From: Vairimorpha necatrix
Taxonomy: Eukaryota
Direction: 5' to 3'
Length of the DNA: 64,000 nt
Assembly: GCA_036630325.1 (NCBI GenBank)
Contig: CP142726.1
Location: forward strand, 620,001 to 684,000
Within the stretch, counting starts at the first letter, position 1, and each line of letters starts with the position of its first letter. Position numbers and translations under genes: made by a program. Shown here piece by piece: positions 1 to 11,773 of the stretch. A model generated the notes under the pieces. It searched no databases, was not told the DNA's origin, and saw only the letters and a list, made by a program, of their open reading frames with translations.

Positions 1-728
1 TACAATAACAAGCTTGGAATTAATACTATGTTTTAATTATTAAATTATGGTCTGTTAATGTAAAGTATAAAGCTATTGCGGAACTTCTTGTAATTAGCAT
101 TAAAATTGTAAGAAAAATCATTTCTTTAACAGTAAATTCCACCGAAAATTCTTTTACGTTGAAACGGGTATAATTGGAGGACCTGGGATTGTTGTGGAAA
201 TAGATGAAAGTAAGTTTGGTAAAGTAAAAGACCATAGAGGCCATAGGGTAGAAGGGGTTTGGTTTTTCGGAATGGTAGAAAGAACACCTCAAAGGAAAAT
301 TGTGTTTGTTCCTGTTTATAATAGAAGAGAAACTACACTAGAAGAACTTTTAATTAAATATGTTCGCCCAGAATCTATCATACATAGTGATTGCTTCTCT
401 TCATATTCTAGGTTGTGTTCAATTTTTTAACAACATAAGACGGTTAATCATTCAAAAAAATTTGTTAATAATAATAATTCATGCCATACTAATACTATCG
501 AAGGTAATTGGAGCGCTGTTAAAAGTGAAACTTCCATAAGGCATAGAACAAAAAGATTAATAAAGAGTTCTTTGGTAAGACTATGCTTAGAAGAAATTTT
601 GAAGGGGATTTGTTTAATAAAATTATTAAAATGATTTTTAAGTTTTTATTTTTTTCCTCTTGACTTTTCATTTTTGGGGTGATTTTTTTAAAAATTCCTT
701 TTAAGGGATTTTTGGCCACCAGACTGCC
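1..728 (+). mobile_element. Merlin (IS1595/ISXO2-like) DNA transposon, 3' part, decayed; left end outside window
   Basis: IGGPGIVVEIDESKFG..VEGVW.FGMVER, IHSD, then HKTVNHS and HTNTIEGNW after a stop; probable right TIR ending ..GGCCACCAGACTGCC at 728. Confidence 0.85.
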
Positions 729-1029
729 CTTTAACCCAAAACAATAATTGTTAAACATCAATGTGGTGTATGTAGATAATCATGAGAAGTTTAGAACCCA
801 AGAAACGTGCAAGTAGCGACCGAAATGATGTATTTCCAAATATTTATTTATAACTCGCCATATTAAAATACATTGAATTCTTATCTATACTAGTTCTTTG
901 TTTTTCTATTTAAATAGAAATTTAAAAATTATTTATTTGATCAAAGTGATACTCTACAACGTATGCAATGAAGTATCTCCATCACAATGCCATATTTCAA
1001 GACCGACGCATGTCAAATATTTCATCGAT

Positions 1030-1440
1030 GGCGGGGCATTGAGTCCTCGCACAATTAGCAAAAGAATACTTCAATAATATGCTTAAAAATATAAAGAAAT
1101 AAATACTTAGTAAAACATTGAACTAATAATGGAATTGGCGGGTTTATCCGAAAGTGTGCCAGTGGCAAGAAAGCATTTGATAATGCTACGGTTATGAAAA
1201 CTGCGAATTCCCAGGGACCGTGTAAATGTTCTTGAATATTGTTTATTGTTGATAGCGTCATAGACCTGACCTGGAGAGCGACTGTTGTAATTCTAAGGCA
1301 ATGTGTTTAGCGATAAATCCCGTTATTTATATTTGTGAGTAACCAATAGAAGTTAGTGTTACAGAATTGTCCACTAACTGAGAGAGGTGCTTGGCGTGTA
1401 TGAGATATGATCGGTGTTTCATCATTTATTGGTTACCATA
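1030..1440 (+). other. Non-coding island with predicted RNA secondary structure (ncRNA or solo LTR)
   Basis: Stems 1131-1145/1197-1211, AGCATT/AATGCT (1172-1187), 1339-1350/1425-1436, AGTTAGTG/CACTAACT (1351-1379), 1400-1408/1414-1422 with G-U pairs. Confidence 0.4.
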
Positions 1441-1866
1441 AAACATGTGAATAAAATTTTTTACCACAGAAATAAAAAATAAAAGCAAATTTCTTTAAGA
1501 AAAGGGTAGGATTGAACAGAAATAAAAAAACCATAATAATATTGATTTTTTATTAGTTATTTGGTAACTATTACAAAAATTTAAATTCCGTTCATAAATA
1601 CCAGCATGCTAAATCTTATAAATAATTTAAAATTCTTTTTAAACAATAGATAGTTTTAAAATATTATAGTCAAGTAAACACGCGGTTGCTTTTTATGATA
1701 TATTTTTTGATAACAAATTATAAAAACCCAGAATTTGATATATAACAAACCACCAATAGAAATATGTGTAAAATAATACACAATTTCATTAATTTAGATA
1801 AAACATGTTCGCCTTGGTAATTCTAGTACCATGACATATAGCGTTGAATTAATGACACTATATGCT

Positions 1867-1932
1867 TGTTAGACATATCCAAGCTAAGGGTTATTTGTTT
1901 ATAAAATATATTTAGGATAATAATTCACAACA
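1867..1932 (-). repeat. 3' LTR (66 bp)
   Basis: TGTTAGACAT...CACAACA; near-match to 6268-6333 and 23677-23742. Confidence 0.85.
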
Positions 1933-2573
1933 TCGCCGCGACTAGGTATTTGTACCACCTCCCCCCTCTAAAGATAGAACTCTTCCTTTTGATTTTACGT
2001 AGTTGAGTAATATGCCTTTTACTAACTTTACCTTTAAGATTGATCAGATACGTATCGTTATTCAATATACCTACAACTTCTCCCATAGCGGAAAATTTTG
2101 GCTGTACTTTATATTTATGAATATGATCTTCTATCAGAACAAAATCACATAGCTCTAGTTTTAGATAATTGGGGTTCTTAAACATTTTTTTGTACTTTTT
2201 AATTCTATTTTTGAAATATTTATTCTTTAGTAATTCTAAATTTTCTGGGTTTATAGGTTCTTTGGGTGTCGTGTTTCTAGACGAATGGCAGATACTATTA
2301 TAACTATCAAGTACATTGTCAGCTCTTTTCGACAATTTTATTGTTTTTCCTTGTTTGTTTACACCTTCACCCATAGTTCTATTAAATCGTTCAATTCTAC
2401 CATTTGAGCAATGATGATATGGTGAAGTTACATGACGGACAATCCCGATTTCAGTCATCCAATTTTAATATATTCACTGCTGTTTTCAAATGCAACGTCA
2501 GAGACAAATGTCTTCACTTTGAACTTCTTATGTACTATTTCTAAAAACATTAATAAGTTGATACTGGTTTTAT

Positions 2574-3676
2574 GGTGCATCTTTAGTAACGGCCCAGAAT
2601 TTTACAGTTTTAAAAAATAATTTTTACCCCCCTAAATGGAGAATACAAATTTTGAAAACTCTGGCCCGTTACTAAAGAAAAGCACCAAAATGCAGCTTGT
2701 GCTAATACAAAGACTTTTTCATGACTTAGACGCCTGTTTAGAGTCTTTAGTGTATTTAGAAGTTCTAAAAGAAGAAAAACCATGCACCAAGTGTGGCTCT
2801 ATAATGAAGTTAGGGCCTAGGATAGAAGTGGTCGTTACTAGAGGAGCGTATCGTTGCATGAATTACAAATGCAATGTCAGGGAAGCTATTAATAAAGGCT
2901 GCAAACTGCCATTATTTACTTTTTGCGATCTTATCTTTATGATACTGTGTAGGAACTCTTACTTTCAGATAATGGCGAGATTAGGTATTTCTACTGCTAC
3001 AATTTCATCGGCTAAAGCAAGGTTAAGAAGTATTTTTAGGGAAACCATCCGAAATAGAATGGTAATAGGTGGACCGGTTCAAGTTATCCAAGTAGACGAA
3101 TCCGTAATTTGCAGAAGGGGTAAAATACGGTCCCCTACAAGCGCCGATGATTACATAAGGGACACCGTTTGGATCGTAGGCATAATTGATACACAAAACC
3201 CTTCAAATTTTTACATTACAAGAGTAGAAAATAGAACGGTTGAATGCCTTACAGCCGCTTTAGAGGGAAAAATTGGCGTGGGTTCGGTGCTACACAGTGA
3301 CGGGCATCCGAGTTATCCTCGTGTTGCCGAGAACTTATGTTTGGATCATCATGTCGTTAATCATTCTATAGGATTCTTATCAACTGATGGCATACATACA
3401 AATAACATTGAAAACGTCTGGTCACAATTAAAATCAGAGATGACAAAAGAACATGGAGTAAAACGGTCTGAAATAGATACTTGGCTAGACGAGTTTATGT
3501 TTAGAAAGAAAATGTTGCGAGAAGACGACATAAACGGCTTTTATCATGGATTTCTTGATCTATTATCTAAGTTATTGAATTAAAACTGCCTTTTTATATG
3601 TTTTTTATGTATTTTTTCTAAATTTTTTGTTTATAAGGGGGACCCTTACCTTCTGGCCCGTTACTAAAGATGCACC
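2574..3676 (+). mobile_element. Merlin DNA transposon, full length, inserted in the Gypsy integrase
   Basis: 26-bp TIRs GGTGCATCTTTAGTAACGG(C/G)CCAGAA (1 mismatch); perfect 8-bp TSD GGTTTTAT. Confidence 0.97.
2636..3583 (+). CDS. Merlin/IS1595-family DDE transposase, intact, 315 aa
   Basis: N-terminal CxxC...CxxxxC zinc ribbon, HTH-like segment, QVDES / LHSDG / HTNNIENVW catalytic motifs; CCC tract before ATG. Confidence 0.95.
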   Translation: MENTNFENSGPLLKKSTKMQLVLIQRLFHDLDACLESLVYLEVLKEEKPCTKCGSIMKLGPRIEVVVTRGAYRCMNYKCNVREAINKGCKLPLFTFCDLIFMILCRNSYFQIMARLGISTATISSAKARLRSIFRETIRNRMVIGGPVQVIQVDESVICRRGKIRSPTSADDYIRDTVWIVGIIDTQNPSNFYITRVENRTVECLTAALEGKIGVGSVLHSDGHPSYPRVAENLCLDHHVVNHSIGFLSTDGIHTNNIENVWSQLKSEMTKEHGVKRSEIDTWLDEFMFRKKMLREDDINGFYHGFLDLLSKLLN

Positions 3677-6256
3677 GGTTTTATTCATAAATACTTTGGC
3701 TATTGCATATCTTAAAAAATAATCTATTGCTGTTAAAATATATAACCCTTCTATTGGTCTTATAATGTCAAAGGCTACATTTTGCCCCGGTTCGAAAGCT
3801 TCAATGTGTCTATAACCCGTTATTCGTACCGGATCGTATTCTTTACACTTAAAACACTCTTTATCAATTCCTTTTACTTCTGTTAATTTAATGTTTTTCT
3901 CAGGTTCATTTTCACATAAATATTCGTAAGTTGCTTTAGCTCCTCTAGGTTATAGCTTTTCATGAGTTTTTACTATACTCTCTTTATTGTCAGTTACGCT
4001 GATATTGTTTATTTCTTTATGTTGGCGAGATAAAGCATCGACATGTGCCAATTCCGTAGGTTTTTTGTATTTATTTTCACAGTCATACATCTGAATATTT
4101 TCTATTTATCTAAAAATTCGTGATGACTTAATTTCCCCTTTTAGGTTGAGGGCTTCTAACGCTCTGTGGTCTAAAAAAAATCTTTAACCAAGTAACCAAT
4201 ATTTAAAATGCTTATTGCCCATAATGAAGCCAACATTTCTTTCTCCGTGATCGTATAATTTAACTCTGAGTCTCTCAGTTGCCTGGATGCAAATGCTATG
4301 GGTCGTTCTAATCCATCACAAATTTGACTGAGTATTGCACCAAGTCCCGTGTTGGACGCATCAGTCGTTAAAATAAATTTAGAAGATAGTTCGGTTTGAT
4401 ATAAGCATAATCTAGTTAATATTTTCTTAAGCGTATTAAATGCCCGTTCTTGGCTTTCTCCCCATTCAAACTGTTGATTTTTCTTTAACAAAAGCACTAA
4501 CGGGTTACAGATATCATCACGATTCTTTTTAAATTTTCTATAATATTTAATGACTCCTAAAAATTTTCTTCCGTCGTTTGCGCTCTTGGGTGTTTTGTAT
4601 TTATTAATTCCTTCTGTTTTATCTATTATTGGTCTAATTTTATTTTGTGAAATTTTATGACCTAAAAACTCAACTTCTTCTTTTAAAATTGTGATTTTCT
4701 TTCTATTTGCAGATAATCCTGCTCTATTAAGCAGACGGCATTTTTTAGCCAAAGATTTATAATGCTCTTCAATAGTTTTGGAGTAAATCAAAACATCATC
4801 AACATATGCAAAACATATTCTCCCAATTTCCTCATTCAAGACTTTATCAATTACTCTTTGAAACATTGCCGGAGAGTTTTTAAATCCCATTGGCATACGG
4901 ACATATTCATATGTTATATTTTTTATTCGAAAAGCCGTTTTTTATCTGTCCGCTTCACGTAGTTTGGCACGAAAAATGCTTCTTTAAGATCTATTTTCGA
5001 AAAGTATTTGCTTTTACCTAAGCAATAAATTAATTCCTCCATCCTAGGTAGGGTATAACTATCTAGCTCAACAATATTGTTGAGTTTAATTAAATTTATG
5101 GTCAATTTTACGCTACCATCTTTCTTTTCAACAGGCCTCACATTATTTAACCATGTTAATTTCAACTCTCAAATGTAATTATTATGTAATAATCTTTTTA
5201 TTTCCACTCTACTTTCTTCTCCCAAGCCTGTGAAATTCTATTGGATCTTTCGACAACCTTTTTTTCCTTTTCTGTGTCAATTCTACGTTCAAAACCTTTA
5301 ATTCCTTCTGGTTTCCATGTGCATAGCTTGTCAATTTCGTCTTTATAATTACAAATCTTTGATTCTTCAATTTTCTGACCCCCATGGGACATCCAATGCC
5401 TTCCTATAATAACTGTTTAATCTGAGCTTTTTGGTAATATATAAAATTTTTCTCTGTAAAATTTTCCTTTGGAGTTGAAATCTAACCATACATATTCTTT
5501 TATTTCAAATTCTTCTAATAAACAGGTATACAGACCGATTGGTTCCTTTAGTTTATTATCCTCTCTTTTACTTTATTTAAAATTTTAAGTGCAATGAAAC
5601 CTACCTCCGAACTAGTATCAAATATGGTTCTAAATTTATAACTTTTTATTTAAATATAATTGTCTTTTATTATATCATCAATCTTTTCAATATTATTAAT
5701 GTCTTTTTTCCTTTTATCTTCTCTTACAAATGTTTTTTGGCTCTTTCTATGCGTAGCATCTTTTATTATTTCTTCTAACTTGTTAACTATTTCTGAAAAT
5801 TCATCATTTATAACCGAAAACTGTACAGTGGCTTTCCTAATTTCTACCCGCATCTTCTTTAATCCAAGAAAACCGACTAATAAAATTACTTCCTCATCTT
5901 CATTTATGCTGTCTCCAAATTGCTTCATTCTTTTAAAATAATCATAACATGTTTCATTCTTCTTCTGGAATTCTCTAAAAAATCTCTTTTAGAAATTTTA
6001 TTGCAAAGCTGGCAATCATAAATTCTTTCCAATCTTTATAAACATATTTTTTTAAATTTCTTGCCTTTTCAAATTTCTCATGGGCATCAAAAATTTAATT
6101 GCTTGCCCTTTCAAGTAAGTAATCAATCTTGTACTCATCGGACAAGGACTTAAAGTTTTTATTCCTTACTATTCTTTTCAAATTAGCTATTATATCTTTA
6201 CCCGATATTTGTAGGGTGAGATTAGCCAACAACTCCATAATGTCTGTTTTTTTCAT

Positions 6257-6267
6257 ATTCTCCACCA
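6257..6267 (-). promoter_or_regulatory. Primer-binding site, probably tRNA-Ala
   Basis: TGGTGGAGAAT directly after the 5' LTR, complementary to a ...AUUCUCCACCA tRNA 3' end typical of tRNA-Ala. Confidence 0.75.
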
Positions 6268-6333
6268 TGTTAGACATATCCAAGTTAAGGGTTATTTATT
6301 TATAAAATATTTTTAGGATAATAATCCGCAACA
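6268..6333 (-). repeat. 5' LTR (66 bp)
   Basis: Matches 1867-1932; followed by the PBS on the minus strand. Confidence 0.85.
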
Positions 6334-6444
6334 ATGATAAAACAAAAATTTTCCGGAACTTAAGCTAAATCTTTTCTACTGTGTTACATTACAAATATCA
6401 CTTTTTACTTATTTTTATTTTATCAACTTTTCTATTTAAAAATT

Positions 6445-7492
6445 GGCTAATATTAGCATCTATAATAAAAAACTGGGGGTCAAAATTTTAAAAAATTTGC
6501 CCCTTTTTTAAAAAAAGGAAAGGAAGAGAAAACATAAGAAAAAACAAAAAATGTAATTAAAGTCTTTACATGCAATAAAATTAACATCAAAATATTTTAA
6601 ATATATCAAAAACATAATTTTAATAATGCTTTAAAAGTGTCTTGGCTCTCATTTCTCTTAATCATATATGAAGTTACATATATTTCAGCAAGTTCATAAG
6701 TCCTAACCTTTTCGGCATAGAGGCTTTCGAAAACCTCCAATTTCCTTCTATAGTGTTTGTATGAACACCCGTCTCTCTGTCATTATAAGTTAAACTGTAT
6801 TTCACAGTTCTATGGTCCGTTAAATAATTTTTTACAGTTATTTATGCTTTCCTCAATTAGAAATATGGTTGAATTAAAATAAACATGCTTGAAAGGGAGT
6901 GCAAGCAGTGTATCTTTGTTTCTTTTGTTTATTTAAACAATAACTATCTTCTTTTCTTCTGTTCTTTCTACATTCCGAACCACCTTAACAAGCCCACCCC
7001 TATGATAGTTGTTTGCCCTCATTTTACTCTCACCTATCTCTACTATAATATCTCCACTTCTAATCTGCTTTATCTTATAAAAATACTTATCATAAATTTT
7101 TAACTTATAAAATTTATTAAGGGTGTAACTTACATTTTGTGCATTACATCCTTAAATTCTTGATTTATGAATTACTTTAATTCCTAAAATACATCAGTTT
7201 ACCATTTTTAACATTAGTAAATGTTCTATTTTAGTGGTTTCAAATAAAGTATACTTCCAAATAGAAGATCTATGTCTACATTTTTCAGCCTCACACTTTA
7301 AGTAGCTAGTTTCGTTAAATATTAAATTTAAAACCAACCACATTTTATACTTTTTGGTTGTATTGTTTATTTGACAAAGATATATAAAATTTTAATCTCT
7401 TCGTTGCTCATTATTTCCTTCCTTTTTACAAAAAGTAACAAATATTAAATTATTTTGACCCCAGTTTTTTTACATAGATGCAGATATTAGCC
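6445..7492 (-). mobile_element. Merlin transposon, heavily decayed
   Basis: ~40-bp imperfect TIRs GGCTAATAT..GCATCTAT..AAAAAACTGGGG; degenerate TSD TAAAAATT/CAAAAATA; VHTNTIEGNW on minus strand near 6740-6766. Confidence 0.85.
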
Positions 7493-7655
7493 CAAAAATA
7501 TAATATTTAATTAATTTTATCCTGACCCCACACGAAACCATGAAACAGACCAATGATTAATACCCTTGAAACCCACGACCAGGAAGGGCTACCAAGCCAG
7601 GGACCAGAGTTCCTATAGAGAGGGCCACGAGACAATAGTGCAGACATTACAGGGT

Positions 7656-7810
7656 TTTGCATTTTTATAGTCCAACTTTTGCATTTTTTATAGTCCAACT
7701 TTTGCATTTTTATAGTCCAACTTTTGTATTTTTTATAGTCCAACTTTTGTATTTTTTATAGTCCAACTTTTGCATTTTTATAGTCCAACTTTTGCATTTT
7801 TATAGTCCAT
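7656..7810 (+). repeat. About 7 tandem copies of a 21-22 bp unit (TTTTGCATTTTTATAGTCCAAC) in the left end of the Tc1-like element
   Basis: Direct inspection; about 2 inverted copies at the right end (8964-9003). Confidence 0.9.
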
Positions 7811-7879
7811 TTTTTTTAATTTCAATGGCCTTTTTTTTTAATTTCAATGGCCTTTTTTTTGAAAAAAAAAACCCCCCTA

Positions 7880-8883
7880 ATGCCCAGAAAAGCGAGATCT
7901 TCGGTCACTCCTGATGTCTTAAAGCTCATTGAAAGACATATAAAAAACGAAAACTTGACCCTAAAAGATATTGCTACGACATTAGATTTAAGTTATAAAA
8001 GAATTTGGAGGATCTATAGGAAAATGTTAGAGGAAGAATCCATTGTTTCTACAAATACAACAAATCGTTCTAAAGTTTCAGCTCATAGAGTTTTAAAGCC
8101 TATCGACATTGTGCTTAAAAACGTCATTGCACGTAGTAATGACAAGACTCTAAGTGAAATCAAAGAAGAACTTTATACAATAGCAAATGTTTCAATGTCT
8201 TTGTCAACTATTTCGAGAAAGTTGAAATATCTAAATATTACAAGAAAAAGACTGTCTCTAATTCCTGCAGAGCGTAATTCGCAGGACAAAATTGATAAAA
8301 GAGCAGAATATGCTATGGAAATATCAGGATATTCACTAGAAAATTTGATTTTTTTGGATGAAACTGGATTTAATGCTCATACCACAAGGCATTATGGGTT
8401 TTCATATAAAAATAAAAAAGCATTTAAAACAGTCCCTGCAAATCGAGGCAAAAATTTAAGTTGTCTTTGCGTAATTTCAAAATCGAATATTATAGCATAC
8501 GAAATGAAAAGGGGCGCATATAATTCTGCTCTATTTGTCGAATTTATTGAAAGACATCTTGTAGAATTTTTCCAAAGAAATCCTCAAAAGATTTTAATCA
8601 TGGATAATGCTAAATTTCATCATTCAAGAGAAGTTTTAGGAAAGCTAAGAGAATTAGGCATATCTTATGTTTAGTTGCCTCCGTATTTCCCACAGCTTAA
8701 TCCAATTGAAGAGTTTTTTCTATGATAAAATCAAGGTTTTGTGCTATAAGGAACTCAAATAATTCTGTTGAAACGGATTTGGAACAAGTGCTGAACGATG
8801 ATTTCAGCCTTTCGTGTAATGGATTCTACACTAATATGTTAAGATGGTTAGAAATGGCAAGGCAGAAAAACGAGTTTATCTAA
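7880..8883 (+). pseudogene. Tc1/IS630-like DDE transposase with premature stop and frameshift
   Basis: HTH N-terminus, FLDETG, IMDNAKFH, TAG at 8672-8674, then LPPYFPQLNPIEE. Confidence 0.9.
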
Positions 8884-9436
8884 TTAAATGAGTTTGTATA
8901 TATTTTTTGCATAATTCTATTGATTTTTGATTTTTTATCAAATCTTGGTTTTTTTTCAAAAAATGGACTATAAAAATGCAAAAGTTTGACTAAAAAAATG
9001 CAGACCCCTGTAAACATTAAATTTAATCGAACTATATCTATCCAGAGGAACCACCTCTGGTTTTCTTCATACTGCATTATTAAAATTTCGTATACTACAA
9101 AATCTCGATTCTATCATAGACTTATTTTTCAATATTGTTTAGACAAGGTGAAATCGGAGGAAAAAAGATAAGAAATGCCCAATTCTCTTAGTTATCCCTA
9201 AACTTCTCTTTAATAATAAAAATTTGCAGACTAGTATGATTGCTCTCGCCTTTATAGACATAAAAAAATAAGGGTTTCAAAAAAAAAAGTGACAATAAAA
9301 GTGCAAAAGATGGGCCACAAAAATGTAAAAGTTAGACTATTAAAATCCAAAAGCTATTTTTCTTGCCCAACAATACTGCAAATTCCAACAAAAAAATATA
9401 TCATCGTATGAATGGTTAAAAAAATATAAATTAATC

Positions 9437-10543
9437 GGTGCTTCTTTGGTATGCGATCAGAATTTTTTTTTTAAAAAAAATTTCTGACCCCCTAAAAATG
9501 GAAAATAGTGACTTTAAAATTTCTGATCGCATACCAAAAAAAAGCACGAAAATCAAAATAAAGACAATACAAAGGCCTTTCTATGGTATTGACGACTGTT
9601 TAAAAACATTACGCGAGTTAGAAGTCTTGAAAGAGCAAAAAACGTGCTTTAAATGCAATGAGATTTCAAATGTGGTATTATATAAGAAGAGAGAGGTTAA
9701 AAGAGTGGTATACAGGTGTTCTAATTATAAATGCAGTGCTAAAATATCAGTTAACAAAAAAAGCAAGTTACCTTCATATAATTTTTGTGAATTAATATTT
9801 AATTTTGTGTAGGAGTAGTTATTTTACCTTAGAGGCAAAACTGGGAGTTTCTTCATCGCCAGTTACCTTTGCAAAAAAAATAGAAAAATTTTAAATAACA
9901 AAATTTCTAAGAGGCTTATTATTGGTGGACCATGAAAAATTGTCCAAGTTGATGAGTCTGTGATTTGTAGAAGAGGTAAAATAAGAAATCCAACAAGTTG
10001 TGATGATATAATCCCGGATACTGTTTGGATACTAGGTATAGTAGAAGCATCTAATCCTACGAACTTTTACATTACAGTGGTGGATAATAGGAAAGTCGAG
10101 TGTTAAACAGTTGCTCTAGAAGGTAAAATAGGCGTTAGTTCGATTTTACATAGTGATGGTCATCCGAGTTATCCAAGTGTAGCATGAAATCTTTGTCTTG
10201 AACATAAGGTAGTAAACCACTCTATCGGGGTTAAATCTGCAGATGGTACTCATACCAATAACATTGAGAATGTATGGTCGCAGCTAAAATCTGAAATGAC
10301 CAAAGAACATGGAGTTAAGCGTAATGAAATTGATTCATGGCCCAATGAATTTATATTTAGGAAAAGTTTTTGTGAAGGTGACAATTTGAAGGGGTTTTAC
10401 CACTGTTATGTTGATTTATTATATAATTTACTTAATTAAATCAAATTTATAGTATTTTTTAACGTTTTTTTCATTTTTTTTTCATTTTTTTTTCCTTTAC
10501 AAGGGAGGGGTCTTAATGTCCGATCGCATACCAAAGAAGCACC
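9437..10543 (+). mobile_element. Merlin transposon related to 2574-3676; transposase disrupted
   Basis: TIRs GGTGCTTCTTTGGTATGCGATC; TSD AATTAATC/AATTAATA; QVDESVICRRGKIR, LHSDGHPSYP, HTNNIENVWSQLK with several stops. Confidence 0.95.
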
Positions 10544-11773
10544 AATTAATATTTTTTATACACCATAGACATACAAATAATAACTTCCTAAAAATAAAAC
10601 CGATTTCAAAAATTTGAAGCATCCAGAACGGACAGAAAAATCTCAAAAAAAAATAAATTTTTAATTTTATAACCAAAAACAAAAAAAGCCTTTACCTTTT
10701 CAAAAGTTCCATTAGTTACTTACTTATCAAATCTTCTCATTATTATGCATTCAAATGTATAATAAAAAAGCTCGTATTTTAGATTAAATAATGAAAATTC
10801 ACAATGTTATAAATATTAATATTTACAAAAAATCTATAAAATATATACTTATATAGATAAATTAAATTTATCTTGCAAATGTTTTATTTTACAGTTCACA
10901 AAATGATGTCATTACATGGATATAAATGTTTCAAAAAACATAAATATAAAAATGATCTCATATTTTATCTATAAAAACAATAGAGTTACAAAAAATACAA
11001 AACAATTGCACGTCATAGAAAAGATAAATCGTGAATCTTAAAAACAAATATAATATTAAATTAATGAAAATGCTCTAAACACAATAAAATTTATCACTAT
11101 GACACGGTAAGATATTTTTTTTATTACATATTTAGAGTCTGTTTAAGCACAAGTTTTTTAAACGATTAAACTAAATTTGCTTTTATGTTTTATATACAAT
11201 TCGATCAAATTTGGAAAAAATGTAACTATTTTTTTGTACCATATTAATATTTATTGTTATACATTATTTAATTAGAAGTTGACCCTCAACACTTCCTCTA
11301 TATGTATTGTCTCAATTAATAGCTTTATTTTTAATATTCTTTAAGTTTATTGTTCTTTCAAAATGTATTTTTTATTTTCATCCCTTGCTATATGGATTTT
11401 TTCCACGCTTTAACATCATTTTACCTACACTTGTGATCCATTCTTTATTAAATCTCAACTCTCTACCTAAGTCTTTTCTTTTTGTAAATCCAACCTTCGA
11501 TTCTCTCCTTTTGGTTTATACCTTTGCTTAAACTTTCTAGCATACTCGCTACATTCATCACTATATAGAAATACCTCATTTTCTTTATCTTTCTATGCTT
11601 CTAGTGGTGTACGTTTTGGTGCCGTATATCGAGGTTGTGTGTTTTTATGGCCTATCCTACGTTTTCTTTGCGTTTCTTTTATTTTATTAAATCATTGCTC
11701 CCTAGCGTCCCAATACATAGTTACATCCTTCTATTGCTCCTAAAATCTTTTACAGTAACTTTGGTTAACTAAT

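Larger units (their letters stand above)
1867..6333 (-). mobile_element. Ty3/Gypsy LTR retrotransposon with 66-bp LTRs, decayed, interrupted by a Merlin
   Basis: LTRs 1867-1932 and 6268-6333; TSD ATGCT/ATGAT; gag relics 5650-6283; RT (MPMGFKNSP, YVDD) and RNase H (TTDAS) 4171-5400; integrase (SNGRIERFNRT) 1925-2573 and 3677-4000; RT-RH-IN order. Confidence 0.92.
7650..9010 (+). mobile_element. Tc1/mariner-IS630 superfamily DNA transposon
   Basis: TA|CAGGGTTTTGCATTTT ... AAAATGCAGACCCCTG|TA termini with TA target duplication; DDE transposase inside. Confidence 0.93.

Noticed and set aside
1372-1425. Hammerhead ribozyme (CTGAGAGA..GAGA)
   Set aside because: Core is not CUGANGA/GAAA and the helix order does not fit; other CTGATGA hits (26170, 36923) lack flanking stems.
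2574-3676. Bacterial IS1595 contamination
   Set aside because: Inserted with a TSD inside a eukaryotic Gypsy element and has many decayed relatives in the same contig.
7656-7810. CRISPR-like array
   Set aside because: Units are directly tandem without unique spacers and lie inside a Tc1-like terminus; ORF 7507-7743 is just their translation.
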